Of a stretch of 64,000 bases of DNA, positions 37,137 to 47,546 are shown piece after piece. Both the position numbers and the translations under genes were made by a program. Every line of letters starts with the position of its first letter. Position 1 is the stretch's first letter. The stretch spans positions 33,109-97,108 of the forward strand of contig JACPRZ010000012.1 in NCBI GenBank assembly GCA_016193485.1, read 5' to 3'. Source of the stretch: Bacteroidota bacterium. Lineage in GTDB: Bacteria; Bacteroidota; Bacteroidia; JACPRZ01. The notes beneath the pieces are model-generated. The model had not been told where the DNA came from. It did not search any database and saw only the letters and a program-made list of their open reading frames with translations.

Positions 37137-38198
37137 ATGAATGCTAAAGCATTTTCTGTTGATCTGGCTGCAATGGCAGATACGATCACTCTCCAACGGG
37201 TCGTAAATTTCCTGAAATTGCTTTTTTCGTTCTATTTTTCGCGGCTGGCGGGTAAATCATTTGCGGCAGGAACTCCTTTTGCCGTTTCCATTGAGCCGAC
37301 AACCTCCTGCAATTTAAGATGCCCGGAATGTGTAAGCGGGTTGCGTTCTTTTACACGTCCGACCGGCATGATGAATATGGAAATGTACAGGAAAATAATG
37401 GATGAACTATCTCCTCATTTATTTTATCTTATTCTCTATTTCCAGGGCGAACCCTATCTTAACCTGAATTTTTTTGAGATGGTGAAATATGCAGGAAAGA
37501 AAAAGATTTACGTAGCAACTTCTACTAATGCTCATTATCTTGATGATGAGTATGCGCGGTTGACTGTTGAATCGGGATTGAACAGGATAATTATTTCGCT
37601 GGATGGCGCATCACAGGAATCGTACGAAAAATACCGCATCGGTGGTGACTTTGAAAAAGTGATTGCGGGAATTAAAAACTTAGTTGTGTGGAAAAACAAA
37701 CTCAAAAAACACACACCGAGGATCATTCTTCAATTTCTTGTTTTCAGGCATAATGAGGAAGAAGTTCCGGTCATTAAATCGCTCGGTAAGGAACTTGGAG
37801 TTGATGATGTATGGATAAAAACGGCACAGGTGTATGATTATGAAAACGGGAATCCATTGATTCCTTCCAATGAAAAAAATTCACGGTACAAAAGAAAAAA
37901 GGACGGAACTTATGATCTGAAGTATTCATCTCCCCCCTTTGGCGGATCCCGATATCTATCGGGGGGGGGCCATTGCTGGAAGATGTGGCATTCCTGCGTG
38001 ATTACCTGGGACGGAAGGGTAGTACCATGTTGCTTTGACAAGGATGCACGTCATCAACTCGGAACTTTGAAAGAAAAATATTTTAGGGAGATTTGGCGAA
38101 GTCCGGAGTACAATAACTTTCGCAGCCGGATTCTTCAAAAAAGAAGGGAAATAGATATATGTAAAAATTGTTCCGAAGGGACTAAGGTGTGGATATGA
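37137..38198 (+). CDS. Radical SAM protein with SPASM/twitch domain
   Basis: CNLRCPEC, YFQGEP, STN, SLDG; C-terminal CWKMW...DGRVVPCCFD...CKNC. Confidence 0.9.
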   Translation: MNAKAFSVDLAAMADTITLQRVVNFLKLLFSFYFSRLAGKSFAAGTPFAVSIEPTTSCNLRCPECVSGLRSFTRPTGMMNMEMYRKIMDELSPHLFYLILYFQGEPYLNLNFFEMVKYAGKKKIYVATSTNAHYLDDEYARLTVESGLNRIIISLDGASQESYEKYRIGGDFEKVIAGIKNLVVWKNKLKKHTPRIILQFLVFRHNEEEVPVIKSLGKELGVDDVWIKTAQVYDYENGNPLIPSNEKNSRYKRKKDGTYDLKYSSPPFGGSRYLSGGGHCWKMWHSCVITWDGRVVPCCFDKDARHQLGTLKEKYFREIWRSPEYNNFRSRILQKRREIDICKNCSEGTKVWI

Positions 38199-38204
38199 AA
38201 AGAA

Positions 38205-38244
38205 CCAAGTCCCAAGTCGCAAGTCCAAAGTTCCAAGTCCAAAG
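38205..38244. repeat. Degenerate heptamer tandem repeat (CCAAGTC, about 6 units)
   Basis: CCAAGTC CCAAGTC GCAAGTC CAAAGTT CCAAGTC CAAAG between two convergent genes. Confidence 0.7.
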
Positions 38245-38280
38245 AAGCGGAAAGTATCGGCTGTTCACGTGTAATCCGCT

Positions 38281-41200
38281 CTACCGGCAAATAACCAGTT
38301 TCGTATATTTCCCTGAAGCGCCATCATCAATTTTCAGGTAATATATTCCTTCATCCCACCCTTTTACATTGATCTCAAAAATTTTTCCGGATTCATGAAA
38401 CGTTTTAGAAACGCCTAAATTGGGCGTCTCAATATTTCTTCCCATCATATCAAATATTGCAAAGGATATTCCACCCGGTAATCCGGAAAATTCAATTGAA
38501 ATTTTATCATTTGCAGGGTTCGGATAAACCTGAATACCGGTTCCTGTTTCCGATAATTCTCCACTTCCCATAGCACAATCTATATTTACGCTCCCGGTAA
38601 TCGTGCACCCGTTTGCATCGGTAACGGTAACTGAATATAGTCCAACGAATAATCCGGTAGCGGTTGCGGTGGTTTGTGAAAATAAATCATTCCAAATATA
38701 AGTGTATGCGCCAGTGCCACCGGATGGAGAAGCAATTGCCTGCCCGTCAGCGCAACCATTTGGAAAGGTCGCAGATATACTGTCAAGAGCCAATGTGAGG
38801 ACAGTTGGTTCAGTAATCTGTGCGGAATCAGTTGCCGTACAGCCGCCTGCATCGGTAACGGTAACATAATACGCTCCAGGGCATAAACTGTCAATTAAAA
38901 ATGCGGATGCTCCGGTATTCCATAGGTAAATTATCGGTGGCGGACCACTAACCGATGCTGCCACACTTCCGTTGCAGGTACCGTAACAGGTAACATCAAT
39001 GCTGTTCGTTACAAGGTTTACGGGAATAGGTTCGCTGATGATAACAGAGTCGCTTGCAACGCATCCATTTGCATCGGTTAAAGTGACTGCATAATTCCCG
39101 GCACAATATCCGGCTGTTGTTCCGTCACCGGAATAGGGGGGGGTACCACCGTTTGCTACTACCGTAATAGTTCCATCACAGTTGCCGAAGCAGTATGCGG
39201 GAGCAGAAGTTGCAGCGGCAGTCAGGAGTGCCGGTTCATTGATGGTAAATGATGCCGAATCGGTACATCCATTGGCATCGGTAGCGGTTACGCTGTAGGA
39301 ACCGGGACATAATCCCATGATGAGAGTATCGGTTGCTGAGTTGTTCCAGACAACAGCGTAAGGCGGGATGCCGCCATAAGGACTGATGACAATGAATCCA
39401 TCGCACAATCCGTAGCATGACACATCAAATGATGCCTGCAGCATGTCTAACACCGTTGGTTCAGTAATAACAACGGAAGCAAATGCAGAGTCGTTGCATG
39501 AAACATCTGTAACGGTAACGGAATATGTTCCGGCAGGAATATTAACCAGGTCTTCCGAAACATCACCGGTTGACCAATAAATGGAATAGGAACCGGTGCT
39601 CCCCATTGGCAAAAGATCCGCAATACCGGTAGCGTCTCCATTACAGGAAATGTTGGTTGCATTAATTGTTGCCGTCAGTGAATCGGGTTGCATAAGCGTA
39701 AACGCATCATAGTAAATACATCCGGAAGAATCGGTCACCGTAAAAGAATAAATGCCGGCAGTGAGGCCGCTGCTCAATTCACTTGTTTCCCCATTTGACC
39801 AGGAATAAGTGAAAGGCGCAGTACCCATATCGGTTATCACTTCTATGGATCCGTCATTCCCTCCATAACAGGAAACATTATAAAAATTCAGGTAGGCGGA
39901 AAGATTGCAGGTGCAGGAATTGACAGTAAATGAAAAATTGAAAGTTGAACCGCAACTGTCGCTTACGGTAACCAGGTAAATACCCGGAGAAAGCCCTGTA
40001 ATAGTGTCAGTCGTAGCGCCCGTAGACCAGAGGTAAGTGTAGGGCAGTGAACCGTTCATGAGCGTGACGCTGGCCGCACCGTCATTGCCGGAGTTTACAC
40101 AAACCACATTAGTGGAAGCGGAAAGAGGATTGGCATCATTTATTATCACATAGGTAATATTCTGAACAGGAAATGGCGGAGTGGTGCAGCCATTGGCATC
40201 CGCAACATTTACGCCATAATCACCCGGAGCCAATCCTGAAAGGTCTTCTGTCGTGGCAATAGGAATGGTCGGAGGCCAGGTATCATACCAAGCAATGGTA
40301 AAAGGACCCGTGCCGCCTGAAATGGTCAGGTCAGCGCTACCGTCATTATTGCCATAACATACTACATCGTAGCCGGTAATTGAAGTTGCCAGTTCAGGGG
40401 GTTCGGTAATATTTACAGAACTATCGAAATAACAGTTGGAAGAATCGGTGACGGTCACATAATAGGTTCCGGCAGGCAAACCGGTGATACTATCGGTATT
40501 CATAGAATTCGACCATGAATAAACATAGGGGGGGGTACCTCCTGTAACAGCAGCATAGGCATTGCCGTCATTATTGCCGTAACAGGTAATATCCGATGAA
40601 GAAAGAGAAACCATGAAATCAAAGCAGGCGATTGAATCATTGACAATAAAACTTTCTTCATTGGTGCACCCGTTTACATCGGTTACGGTAACGGTGTACT
40701 GGCCGGCACTCAAACCTGAAATATCTTCACCGGTTGCCGAATTTGACCAGAGAAATGAGTAGGGTGAGGTACCATCGCTGACTGAAATGTCAACCGAGCC
40801 GTTACTCCCTGATGATGGAGCCGTCATGCCTGTAACAGAGATTTGCGGTGGATCTGGCAGATCAGCAGATGTCCATGCCTGGCTGCATCCCAAACTGTCA
40901 ATAACCTGCACATCATACCAGCCCGCACTTAAACTGTCAATATCTTCGGATGAATCACCGGTTGACCATAAGTAAGAATAGGGGGGGGTTCCACCGGTAA
41001 CCGTAAGATCACCGCTTCCGTCCGAACCGCCATAACAAGTTATAGGCGTTACGGTAATTGAAGCAAAGGGCCATGTGGGTTCCGTAATGGTAACCTGGTC
41101 AACCGCAGAGCATCCCAAAGTATCCGTTACGGTTACCGTATAAGTATTGGCATAGAGGGAAGATGCAATTGAATCTGTTTGCCCGTTGCTCCATTGAAAT

Positions 41201-42825
41201 GAATAGGGTATTACGCCATTTGATGCTGATACAGTCGCCTCCCCGTCATTGTACCCGTTGCATGAAGGATTTCTCCATGATGAAATCACTGCCGTTAAAG
41301 AGCATAACGGTTCACTTACCGTGAATGTATCGGTCAGAGTGCAATTATTGCCATCGGTTATGGTAACGGTATAAGTACCGGCAGTTAACGAGTAAATATC
41401 CTCAACCATGTACCCGTTCGACCAGTTAAAACTGTACGAAGGAGTTCCTCCGGTTACAGTTATATCAACATAGCCGTCATTGTTACCCACAGTTGATGCA
41501 TTAGTGACAATACCCGAAATAGCGAGATTCACCGGTGCGATGACAAATGCGGAGTCCGCTATAGCGCATCCGTTAAAATCGGTTACCGTAACGGAATATG
41601 CTCCCGGAGGGACGCCATTAATGGTGTCTGTAGTAGCCCCGGCACTCCACAAATAAGAATAGGGGGGGGTACCTCCGCCTGCTGTTACCGATGCCGAACC
41701 GTTATTATTTCCGCAAGTTGCATCCGTGCTATTCATAGTCAACGTTGCCACGGTATTAATAGTCACACCCATAGTATCATTGTTGCTGCAACCATTGGAA
41801 TCGGTTACTTCTACTGAGTAAATTCCTGATGAGGAAACAGTCAGTGTTTGATTGGTTGAAGAATCGGACCAGAGGAAAGTTGAACCGCCATTTCCGGCAT
41901 CAAGAACCACATTACCACCGCATTGATTGGTATCAGTGCCCAAATTAACTACCGGAAGAGGATTGACTGTTAAAACAGCGACACTGCTTGTATCAGTGCC
42001 TCCTGCATTGGTAACAACACATAAATAATTTCCGGCAGAAGATAAAGAAACGGGAGCAATTACCATTGAATCGGCAGTAGCGCCCGGAACATCCGTTCCG
42101 TCTTTTTGCCATTGGTAAGCGAGAGGAGCATCACCGGTTGCCGTAATGGTGAATATAGCGGATTCTGCTTCGCACCTGATTAAATTTCCGGGTTGTGATG
42201 TTAATGAAGGCGCAATAACATAATTAACGATCAACCTTGGCGCCTGTGACTGAACTGAAAATTCCCTTGGTGCGAAAATGATAAAATCATTGAAAATATT
42301 TCCGGCCATCAAACTGTCATTTGAATCGTAAGCCGGATTGCTTCCTCCCGGGAAACCGGTCGGATCATCGGGGTCTTTCATCATGATGGAACAAAAGTTG
42401 TTTGCTGCATTGTAATCTTTTAAAAAAATGTTTTTAAGATTTTCCGATGCTGTCCATCCGGGAGCCGTTCCAAAGTTTAAAAGTTGAAAAACCGTATCGG
42501 TTTTTATATAATTCCAGAGTGTTGTTTCGGTATCCCCTTCCATCCAGGTTTGATTATTTACATTCATAAATTTAATATCGCCATCCCAGTTCAGCGCTTT
42601 CTCAAGGACAAAAACCTCCAGCCTTACATCGATGACAACGCTGTTTGGCGGTATGGAGGTAATGTCAAATTTTATGAAACTATTTTTGCCCTCACCGCCA
42701 CCATAGGTTTTTACATACACATCCTCTGCAGGGTACAGGGTGTCGCTATGCTGAGCGTAAGCGCAAAAAACACCCGATAAGGCAATTCCTGCGGCAATTA
42801 AAATTTTAACCATTGTTTTTTTCAT
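38281..42825 (-). CDS. Large T9SS cargo adhesin-like protein (DNRLRE-like N-terminus, Ig domain, SprB-type repeats)
   Basis: Signal peptide; FIKFDITSIP...APRLIVNY; Ig-like YQWQKDG; many C-x-G-x-x-DG...GGTPPYSYxWS...YTVTVTD-xGC repeats; C-terminal VYPNPAND...GIYYL. Confidence 0.9.
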   Translation of the reverse strand: MKKTMVKILIAAGIALSGVFCAYAQHSDTLYPAEDVYVKTYGGGEGKNSFIKFDITSIPPNSVVIDVRLEVFVLEKALNWDGDIKFMNVNNQTWMEGDTETTLWNYIKTDTVFQLLNFGTAPGWTASENLKNIFLKDYNAANNFCSIMMKDPDDPTGFPGGSNPAYDSNDSLMAGNIFNDFIIFAPREFSVQSQAPRLIVNYVIAPSLTSQPGNLIRCEAESAIFTITATGDAPLAYQWQKDGTDVPGATADSMVIAPVSLSSAGNYLCVVTNAGGTDTSSVAVLTVNPLPVVNLGTDTNQCGGNVVLDAGNGGSTFLWSDSSTNQTLTVSSSGIYSVEVTDSNGCSNNDTMGVTINTVATLTMNSTDATCGNNNGSASVTAGGGTPPYSYLWSAGATTDTINGVPPGAYSVTVTDFNGCAIADSAFVIAPVNLAISGIVTNASTVGNNDGYVDITVTGGTPSYSFNWSNGYMVEDIYSLTAGTYTVTITDGNNCTLTDTFTVSEPLCSLTAVISSWRNPSCNGYNDGEATVSASNGVIPYSFQWSNGQTDSIASSLYANTYTVTVTDTLGCSAVDQVTITEPTWPFASITVTPITCYGGSDGSGDLTVTGGTPPYSYLWSTGDSSEDIDSLSAGWYDVQVIDSLGCSQAWTSADLPDPPQISVTGMTAPSSGSNGSVDISVSDGTSPYSFLWSNSATGEDISGLSAGQYTVTVTDVNGCTNEESFIVNDSIACFDFMVSLSSSDITCYGNNDGNAYAAVTGGTPPYVYSWSNSMNTDSITGLPAGTYYVTVTDSSNCYFDSSVNITEPPELATSITGYDVVCYGNNDGSADLTISGGTGPFTIAWYDTWPPTIPIATTEDLSGLAPGDYGVNVADANGCTTPPFPVQNITYVIINDANPLSASTNVVCVNSGNDGAASVTLMNGSLPYTYLWSTGATTDTITGLSPGIYLVTVSDSCGSTFNFSFTVNSCTCNLSAYLNFYNVSCYGGNDGSIEVITDMGTAPFTYSWSNGETSELSSGLTAGIYSFTVTDSSGCIYYDAFTLMQPDSLTATINATNISCNGDATGIADLLPMGSTGSYSIYWSTGDVSEDLVNIPAGTYSVTVTDVSCNDSAFASVVITEPTVLDMLQASFDVSCYGLCDGFIVISPYGGIPPYAVVWNNSATDTLIMGLCPGSYSVTATDANGCTDSASFTINEPALLTAAATSAPAYCFGNCDGTITVVANGGTPPYSGDGTTAGYCAGNYAVTLTDANGCVASDSVIISEPIPVNLVTNSIDVTCYGTCNGSVAASVSGPPPIIYLWNTGASAFLIDSLCPGAYYVTVTDAGGCTATDSAQITEPTVLTLALDSISATFPNGCADGQAIASPSGGTGAYTYIWNDLFSQTTATATGLFVGLYSVTVTDANGCTITGSVNIDCAMGSGELSETGTGIQVYPNPANDKISIEFSGLPGGISFAIFDMMGRNIETPNLGVSKTFHESGKIFEINVKGWDEGIYYLKIDDGASGKYTKLVICR

Positions 42826-42981
42826 AAAGCAATAAGCATTTAGTCAGCCAAAATAATCAAAAAACCAATACCTGTACCGGTCAAAACAGGTTGGGTGTAC
42901 ATTTATGAGATTTATATCCATGCTGAACGGGATTAAGGAATTATTCAGGTATCTGCCCGGTGCAGGGTTACCGGTTCTTTT

Positions 42982-43010
42982 GTATATTTGCATTCAAAAT
43001 GCAAATATAC
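42982..43010. promoter_or_regulatory. Perfect 13-bp inverted repeat carrying a TAnnTTTG box on each strand
   Basis: GTATATTTGCATT-CAA-AATGCAAATATAC between divergent genes. Confidence 0.6.
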
Positions 43011-43023
43011 AAGTATTAATAGC

Positions 43024-44220
43024 ATGGGCAAATATATTCATCGCGAAATAGAGAGTGTAGTATTATCAGCCGCCAGGCAATTTCCATGTGTAATTGTAAC
43101 CGGACCCAGGCAATCCGGAAAAACCACGCTTTTAAAGCATCTTTTTGCCGGTAAATACCGCTATGTAACAATGGATGATCCTGACAAGCGGCTTATGGCG
43201 ACAAACGAGCCGCAAATTTTTTTTGAAAACAATCCTCCGCCATTAATCCTTGATGAAATACAATATGTACCGGGCATATTACCGTATTTAAAAATGATTA
43301 TTGATAATGACCGGTCCAGGATGGGACAGTTCATATTAACCGGCTCGCAAAATTTTTCTTTAATGGCCGGTGTTACGGAATCGCTTGCGGGAAGAATATC
43401 TGTTTTGAATTTACTCTCCTTCTCTTTAACCGAAAAGGTAAAAAAATTATCCGGTCTTTCGTACAGAAAATTACAGGAGCATGTGATAAAAGGCGGTTTT
43501 CCGGAAATTTATGTGAATAAAAAAGCCGATATCCGCATGTGGTACAACAGTTATCTGAACACGTATCTTGAAAGAGATGTCCGTAATATCAGGCAGGTGG
43601 GTGATTTACTGGAATTTCAGCGTTTCATGGCGCTTCTTGCGGCAAATAACGGCAATCTGATTAACTTATCAACATTTTCAAGAGACCTTGGCGTTGCTGT
43701 CAATACAATAAAACAATGGGAATCCGTGCTGGAAACAAGCCAGCAGGTATTTCATCTTAAACCCTATTTCAACAATGAGGGCAAGAGGATTATTCAGAAT
43801 CCCAAAATATATTTCCTTGATACCGGGCTTGTTTGCCATATAAACCATCTTACCCTCGCGGAACAGGTTTTTTCAGGACCGGGAGGCGGACAATTATTTG
43901 AGACCCTCTTTTTAACCGAAATTATCCGGCATTATTATAATAAAGGCGAACCGCCAGGGATATACTTCTGGCGGACATCCTATGGAGAAGAAGTTGATTT
44001 CATCATTGAGGAGAAGGGAAAATTAATACCGGTGGAATTAAAACTGACTTCCCGCATAAAACCCGAACTTGCAAAAAACCTTAAATCATTTCAGCGGATA
44101 TTTAATAAAAAGATCAGGAAATCCGTTCTGGTTTATCTCGGCAGGGAACGCATAAAACTGAATGACAATATTGAATTTATACCGTTTCAGGAATTTTTCA
44201 GCAAATTTCCGGAGATTTAG
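43024..44220 (+). CDS. AAA_14 ATPase with C-terminal DUF4143 domain
   Basis: GPRQSGKTT, LILDEIQ, TGSQ, ESLAGR, GGFPE, PKIYFLDTG and EVDF...ELK. Start at ATG 43024. Confidence 0.9.
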   Translation: MGKYIHREIESVVLSAARQFPCVIVTGPRQSGKTTLLKHLFAGKYRYVTMDDPDKRLMATNEPQIFFENNPPPLILDEIQYVPGILPYLKMIIDNDRSRMGQFILTGSQNFSLMAGVTESLAGRISVLNLLSFSLTEKVKKLSGLSYRKLQEHVIKGGFPEIYVNKKADIRMWYNSYLNTYLERDVRNIRQVGDLLEFQRFMALLAANNGNLINLSTFSRDLGVAVNTIKQWESVLETSQQVFHLKPYFNNEGKRIIQNPKIYFLDTGLVCHINHLTLAEQVFSGPGGGQLFETLFLTEIIRHYYNKGEPPGIYFWRTSYGEEVDFIIEEKGKLIPVELKLTSRIKPELAKNLKSFQRIFNKKIRKSVLVYLGRERIKLNDNIEFIPFQEFFSKFPEI

Positions 44221-44353
44221 CAGGGATTGCGTTTTTGTTGATATTTTATCTCATTTATTTGACTACTTTTGACGGACAATAATGATTTTTTTAGCGGAAC
44301 AGCAAAAGTAAAAGTGCCAAATCTTCATACCCTTTTTTATTAACCTTGTTTCA

Positions 44354-44785
44354 ATGGCGGATGTTCACGACAGGGAAACGAGAAGTTACAATATGAGCCA
44401 AATCAAAGGCAAAAATACAAAGCCGGAGATTTTGGTAAGAAAATTTCTTTTTGCAAGGGGATTCCGTTATAAATTGCATGATAAAAAACTTCCGGGTAAA
44501 CCGGACCTGGTTTTTCCAAAGCTTAAAACGGTATTATTCATTCATGGGTGTTTTTGGCACGGACATGAAAATTGTAAATACTTTATTATTCCAAAAACCA
44601 GAACTGACTGGTGGTTGAAGAAAATCCGGAGTAATAAACAACGAGATGTGGATAACTATTTAAAAATAAGTAAAGAAAAATGGAGGGTTTTAACTATCTT
44701 TGAATGCGAATTGAAAAGTGACAAACGTCAAACAACTCTCAATAGGATATTAAAACGTCTGAAAAGAATACATGAAGCAGTTTAA
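44354..44785 (+). CDS. vsr: Very short patch repair endonuclease
   Basis: MADVHD---RSYNMSQIKGKNTKPE, LPGKPD, FIHGCFWHGH and FECE. Confidence 0.95.
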   Translation: MADVHDRETRSYNMSQIKGKNTKPEILVRKFLFARGFRYKLHDKKLPGKPDLVFPKLKTVLFIHGCFWHGHENCKYFIIPKTRTDWWLKKIRSNKQRDVDNYLKISKEKWRVLTIFECELKSDKRQTTLNRILKRLKRIHEAV

Positions 44786-46010
44786 TTTTATTGACCTTTT
44801 TGCCGGTGCCGGGGGACTTTCCGAAGGGTTTATTCGTGCAGGTTTTAATCCAATAGCCCATGTTGAAATGAGCAAAGAAGCTTGCTGTACCTTACAAACA
44901 AGGCTGGCTTTTCATTATCTCAGGCAAAATAGAAAATCAGAAACCTATTTTTCTTATCTGAAAAATGAAATATCGAGAAATGGTCTTTGGAATACAATTC
45001 CAGATGAATTATTAAAGTCAGTAATTAATGAAGAAATATCTGACAAGAGTATGCAGAATATTTTTGACCGGATTGATGACCAACTTTATTCCAAAAAGGT
45101 TGATGTAATAATAGGTGGACCTCCTTGTCAGGCATATTCACTTGTTGGAAGAAGCCGTGACCCTGATAGAATGCAGGGAGATAAGAGAAATTATTTATTC
45201 AGGGACTATGCACAATTTCTGATTCGTTACAAGCCAAAGTATTTTGTCTTTGAAAACGTGTTGGGTTTACTTACCGCTGGAAATCAAAAATATCTCAATG
45301 AGATGATTCAGCTTTTTGAATCAATCGGCTATTCGGTTGGTACCCCTACTGTGTTAAATGCACAGGAATACGGGGTTCTTCAAAAAAGAAGAAGGGTAAT
45401 CATAATTGGAAAACGCGGAAAAAAGAAATTTGAATTTCCACATGTTAGTACAAAAGAGAACAAATGGCAAATAAAAAAGGACTTATTTTTTGATTTACCG
45501 AAATTAAACCCCGGAGATGAATTACCATTAACCAATTATACCAAACCAATAAACGAGTATTTGAAACTAACTGAAATCAGAAATGGAATAGATTTCATTA
45601 CTCAACATATCGCCAGGCAGCACAATGAGAGAGACATAGAAATATATTCTATTGCTATTGACAAATGGATTAATTATAAAACAAGATTAAAATATACCGA
45701 TATTCCGAAAAGGTTACAGACACATAAAAATACCAATGTATTTCTTGACAGGTTTAAAGTGATTGATCCTTTCGGCTGTTCGCATACAATGGTTGCTCAC
45801 ATCGCGAAAGATGGACATTACTACATTTATCCAGACCTTAATCAAGTCCGTTCAATATCAGTTCGTGAGGCAGCCAGAATTCAATCATTCCCTGATGATT
45901 ATTATTTTGAAGGAGGACGGACTGCTGCATTTAAACAAATTGGAAATGCGGTGCCACCGCTGATGGCAAGTGCTATTGCCAGAGGAATTAAGAAGCAGTT
46001 GACGAAATAG
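44772..46010 (+). CDS. dcm: DNA (cytosine-5)-methyltransferase
   Basis: Motif I FAGAGG, IV GGPPCQ, VI ENV, VIII QKRRRV, IX/X VREAARIQSFPD...QIGNAVPP. Target site unknown. Confidence 0.95.
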   Translation: MKQFNFIDLFAGAGGLSEGFIRAGFNPIAHVEMSKEACCTLQTRLAFHYLRQNRKSETYFSYLKNEISRNGLWNTIPDELLKSVINEEISDKSMQNIFDRIDDQLYSKKVDVIIGGPPCQAYSLVGRSRDPDRMQGDKRNYLFRDYAQFLIRYKPKYFVFENVLGLLTAGNQKYLNEMIQLFESIGYSVGTPTVLNAQEYGVLQKRRRVIIIGKRGKKKFEFPHVSTKENKWQIKKDLFFDLPKLNPGDELPLTNYTKPINEYLKLTEIRNGIDFITQHIARQHNERDIEIYSIAIDKWINYKTRLKYTDIPKRLQTHKNTNVFLDRFKVIDPFGCSHTMVAHIAKDGHYYIYPDLNQVRSISVREAARIQSFPDDYYFEGGRTAAFKQIGNAVPPLMASAIARGIKKQLTK

Positions 46011-46728
46011 AAATTTTTACTTGCTCTAAAACTTCTTTCAACTCAGCGACATCCAAAAATGGAAGATTGCGGACACCACCAACAAGATTTAATCCTTTGA
46101 AAATTTCTCTTGTTTTATCTTCATTGGAAGAAATTTCCGGATTATTTTTTAAAAATTCCAATAAGGCAATTCTGATATTTTTATTGCTACCAAAACCTCG
46201 TTCAACAATTCCGGTGCTCAAATCTGCTCTGCTCAATAAAATTTCTGTGAGTTCATGTGGATTATTCCTCTTCTCATCATAAGTAAGATGAGAAAACCAC
46301 CACAATCTTGAGATGCCATTTCGTGTTAATGATTCAATATTTATATTTCTCAGAAAATATCGGTCTTTTAATCTTCCTATTTCCTTTCCTTCAGATGCTT
46401 TTTCCATAGGCCACCTTGCCCTCATGTATTTCCAAAATGTAAAATGGGTGAGATAAGTCCAAAGGCGTTCATCTGATGCTTGTGTTTCGTTCAAAGTTTT
46501 CAATGCCTCATAAAGTATTTTACTATTTTCCAAATCACCTTTGTCAGCTTCAAGAATTAAATCATCACTAATAAAAATTCCGGTATTCCCTCTTGGAAAC
46601 TTTTCTTCATAAGGAAACCTGTCCAATTTGTAGTTATCAAAATTGTTAGTAGCAACTGTATCTCTGAAAAGTTTATCGATGTAACTTTGCTGAAAAACTT
46701 TTAACTCAATTTGATTTTTATTTTTCAT
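45988..46728 (-). CDS. DUF6339-like helical protein
   Basis: ASDERLWTYLTH, YMRARWP and RNGISRLWW motifs recalled for DUF6339; not verified by search. Confidence 0.6.
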   Translation of the reverse strand: MKNKNQIELKVFQQSYIDKLFRDTVATNNFDNYKLDRFPYEEKFPRGNTGIFISDDLILEADKGDLENSKILYEALKTLNETQASDERLWTYLTHFTFWKYMRARWPMEKASEGKEIGRLKDRYFLRNINIESLTRNGISRLWWFSHLTYDEKRNNPHELTEILLSRADLSTGIVERGFGSNKNIRIALLEFLKNNPEISSNEDKTREIFKGLNLVGGVRNLPFLDVAELKEVLEQVKISISSTAS

Positions 46729-47546
46729 TATTCTTCCATTAATTGTTTAAGGGTATTGAATGACCGATTATTCGGGTGGTCTAATATTCTTTGCGCTCTT
46801 TCAATGTCTGTTCTGTCCTTTGATTTGTCTTTAATATCCGAAAGAACCTTATACCATCTTTTGTCTGCATAATCTTTTGCTTCATCTGATGAAATAAAAT
46901 GAAGCGCTTCGATCAACGCTGGCAGAACGATACTGCTTAAAAGTAAATTCACCCATATTCCTTTTTTTACAATCTGATAATTTTCATAATCTTCCTGACA
47001 AAGCATTATGGTTATTTTTTCACCTGAATATTCATTATACATCGGATGATTATTTTTTCCAGTAGTATCAATATTCATTAATGCAGAAATTGACTTTAAT
47101 TCTTCCGGTGATTTATTCGCGTAAAATCTTCCTTTGCCTGCATATGCAAGAATATCTCCCCTATCAACGGAAAATGAATAGCCGGAATAATCAGAATTGA
47201 AATCTTTGTTACTGTAACGGGTAATGTTTTCATTGGCACAAATGAAAAAATCAATTTCAACTTCACCGTTTAACTTATAGGAGTTGATTTTAATTGCATC
47301 AGTAATATTCTTTTCGGACTTGAAAACTTCTCTATACATTGTGCCTCTACAATATAGATGTGAAACAAGCATCGCTTGCTTTTTCTCAACCAAATTTTGC
47401 AACACATCATTTACTATTTTAAATGTCGGAGAAATTTCAATTTCTTTACCGGAAGAAGAAACCCGGAGTTCAATTTCTATTAAACCGCTAACATCATCTC
47501 CGATTCCCAAAACTGGGTGCGGATATAATCTGTTATTGTAAAGCAT
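46728..47546 (-). CDS. Hypothetical protein, middle gene of the GHKL operon
   Basis: 272 aa; YPHPVL N-terminus, GDILA and SIVLPALIEAL; overlaps both neighbours. Confidence 0.75.
   Translation of the reverse strand: MLYNNRLYPHPVLGIGDDVSGLIEIELRVSSSGKEIEISPTFKIVNDVLQNLVEKKQAMLVSHLYCRGTMYREVFKSEKNITDAIKINSYKLNGEVEIDFFICANENITRYSNKDFNSDYSGYSFSVDRGDILAYAGKGRFYANKSPEELKSISALMNIDTTGKNNHPMYNEYSGEKITIMLCQEDYENYQIVKKGIWVNLLLSSIVLPALIEALHFISSDEAKDYADKRWYKVLSDIKDKSKDRTDIERAQRILDHPNNRSFNTLKQLMEE

Noticed and set aside
37137..38198. RiPP cluster around the radical SAM/SPASM gene
   Set aside because: No precursor peptide, peptidase or transporter nearby; it appears to be a stand-alone gene.
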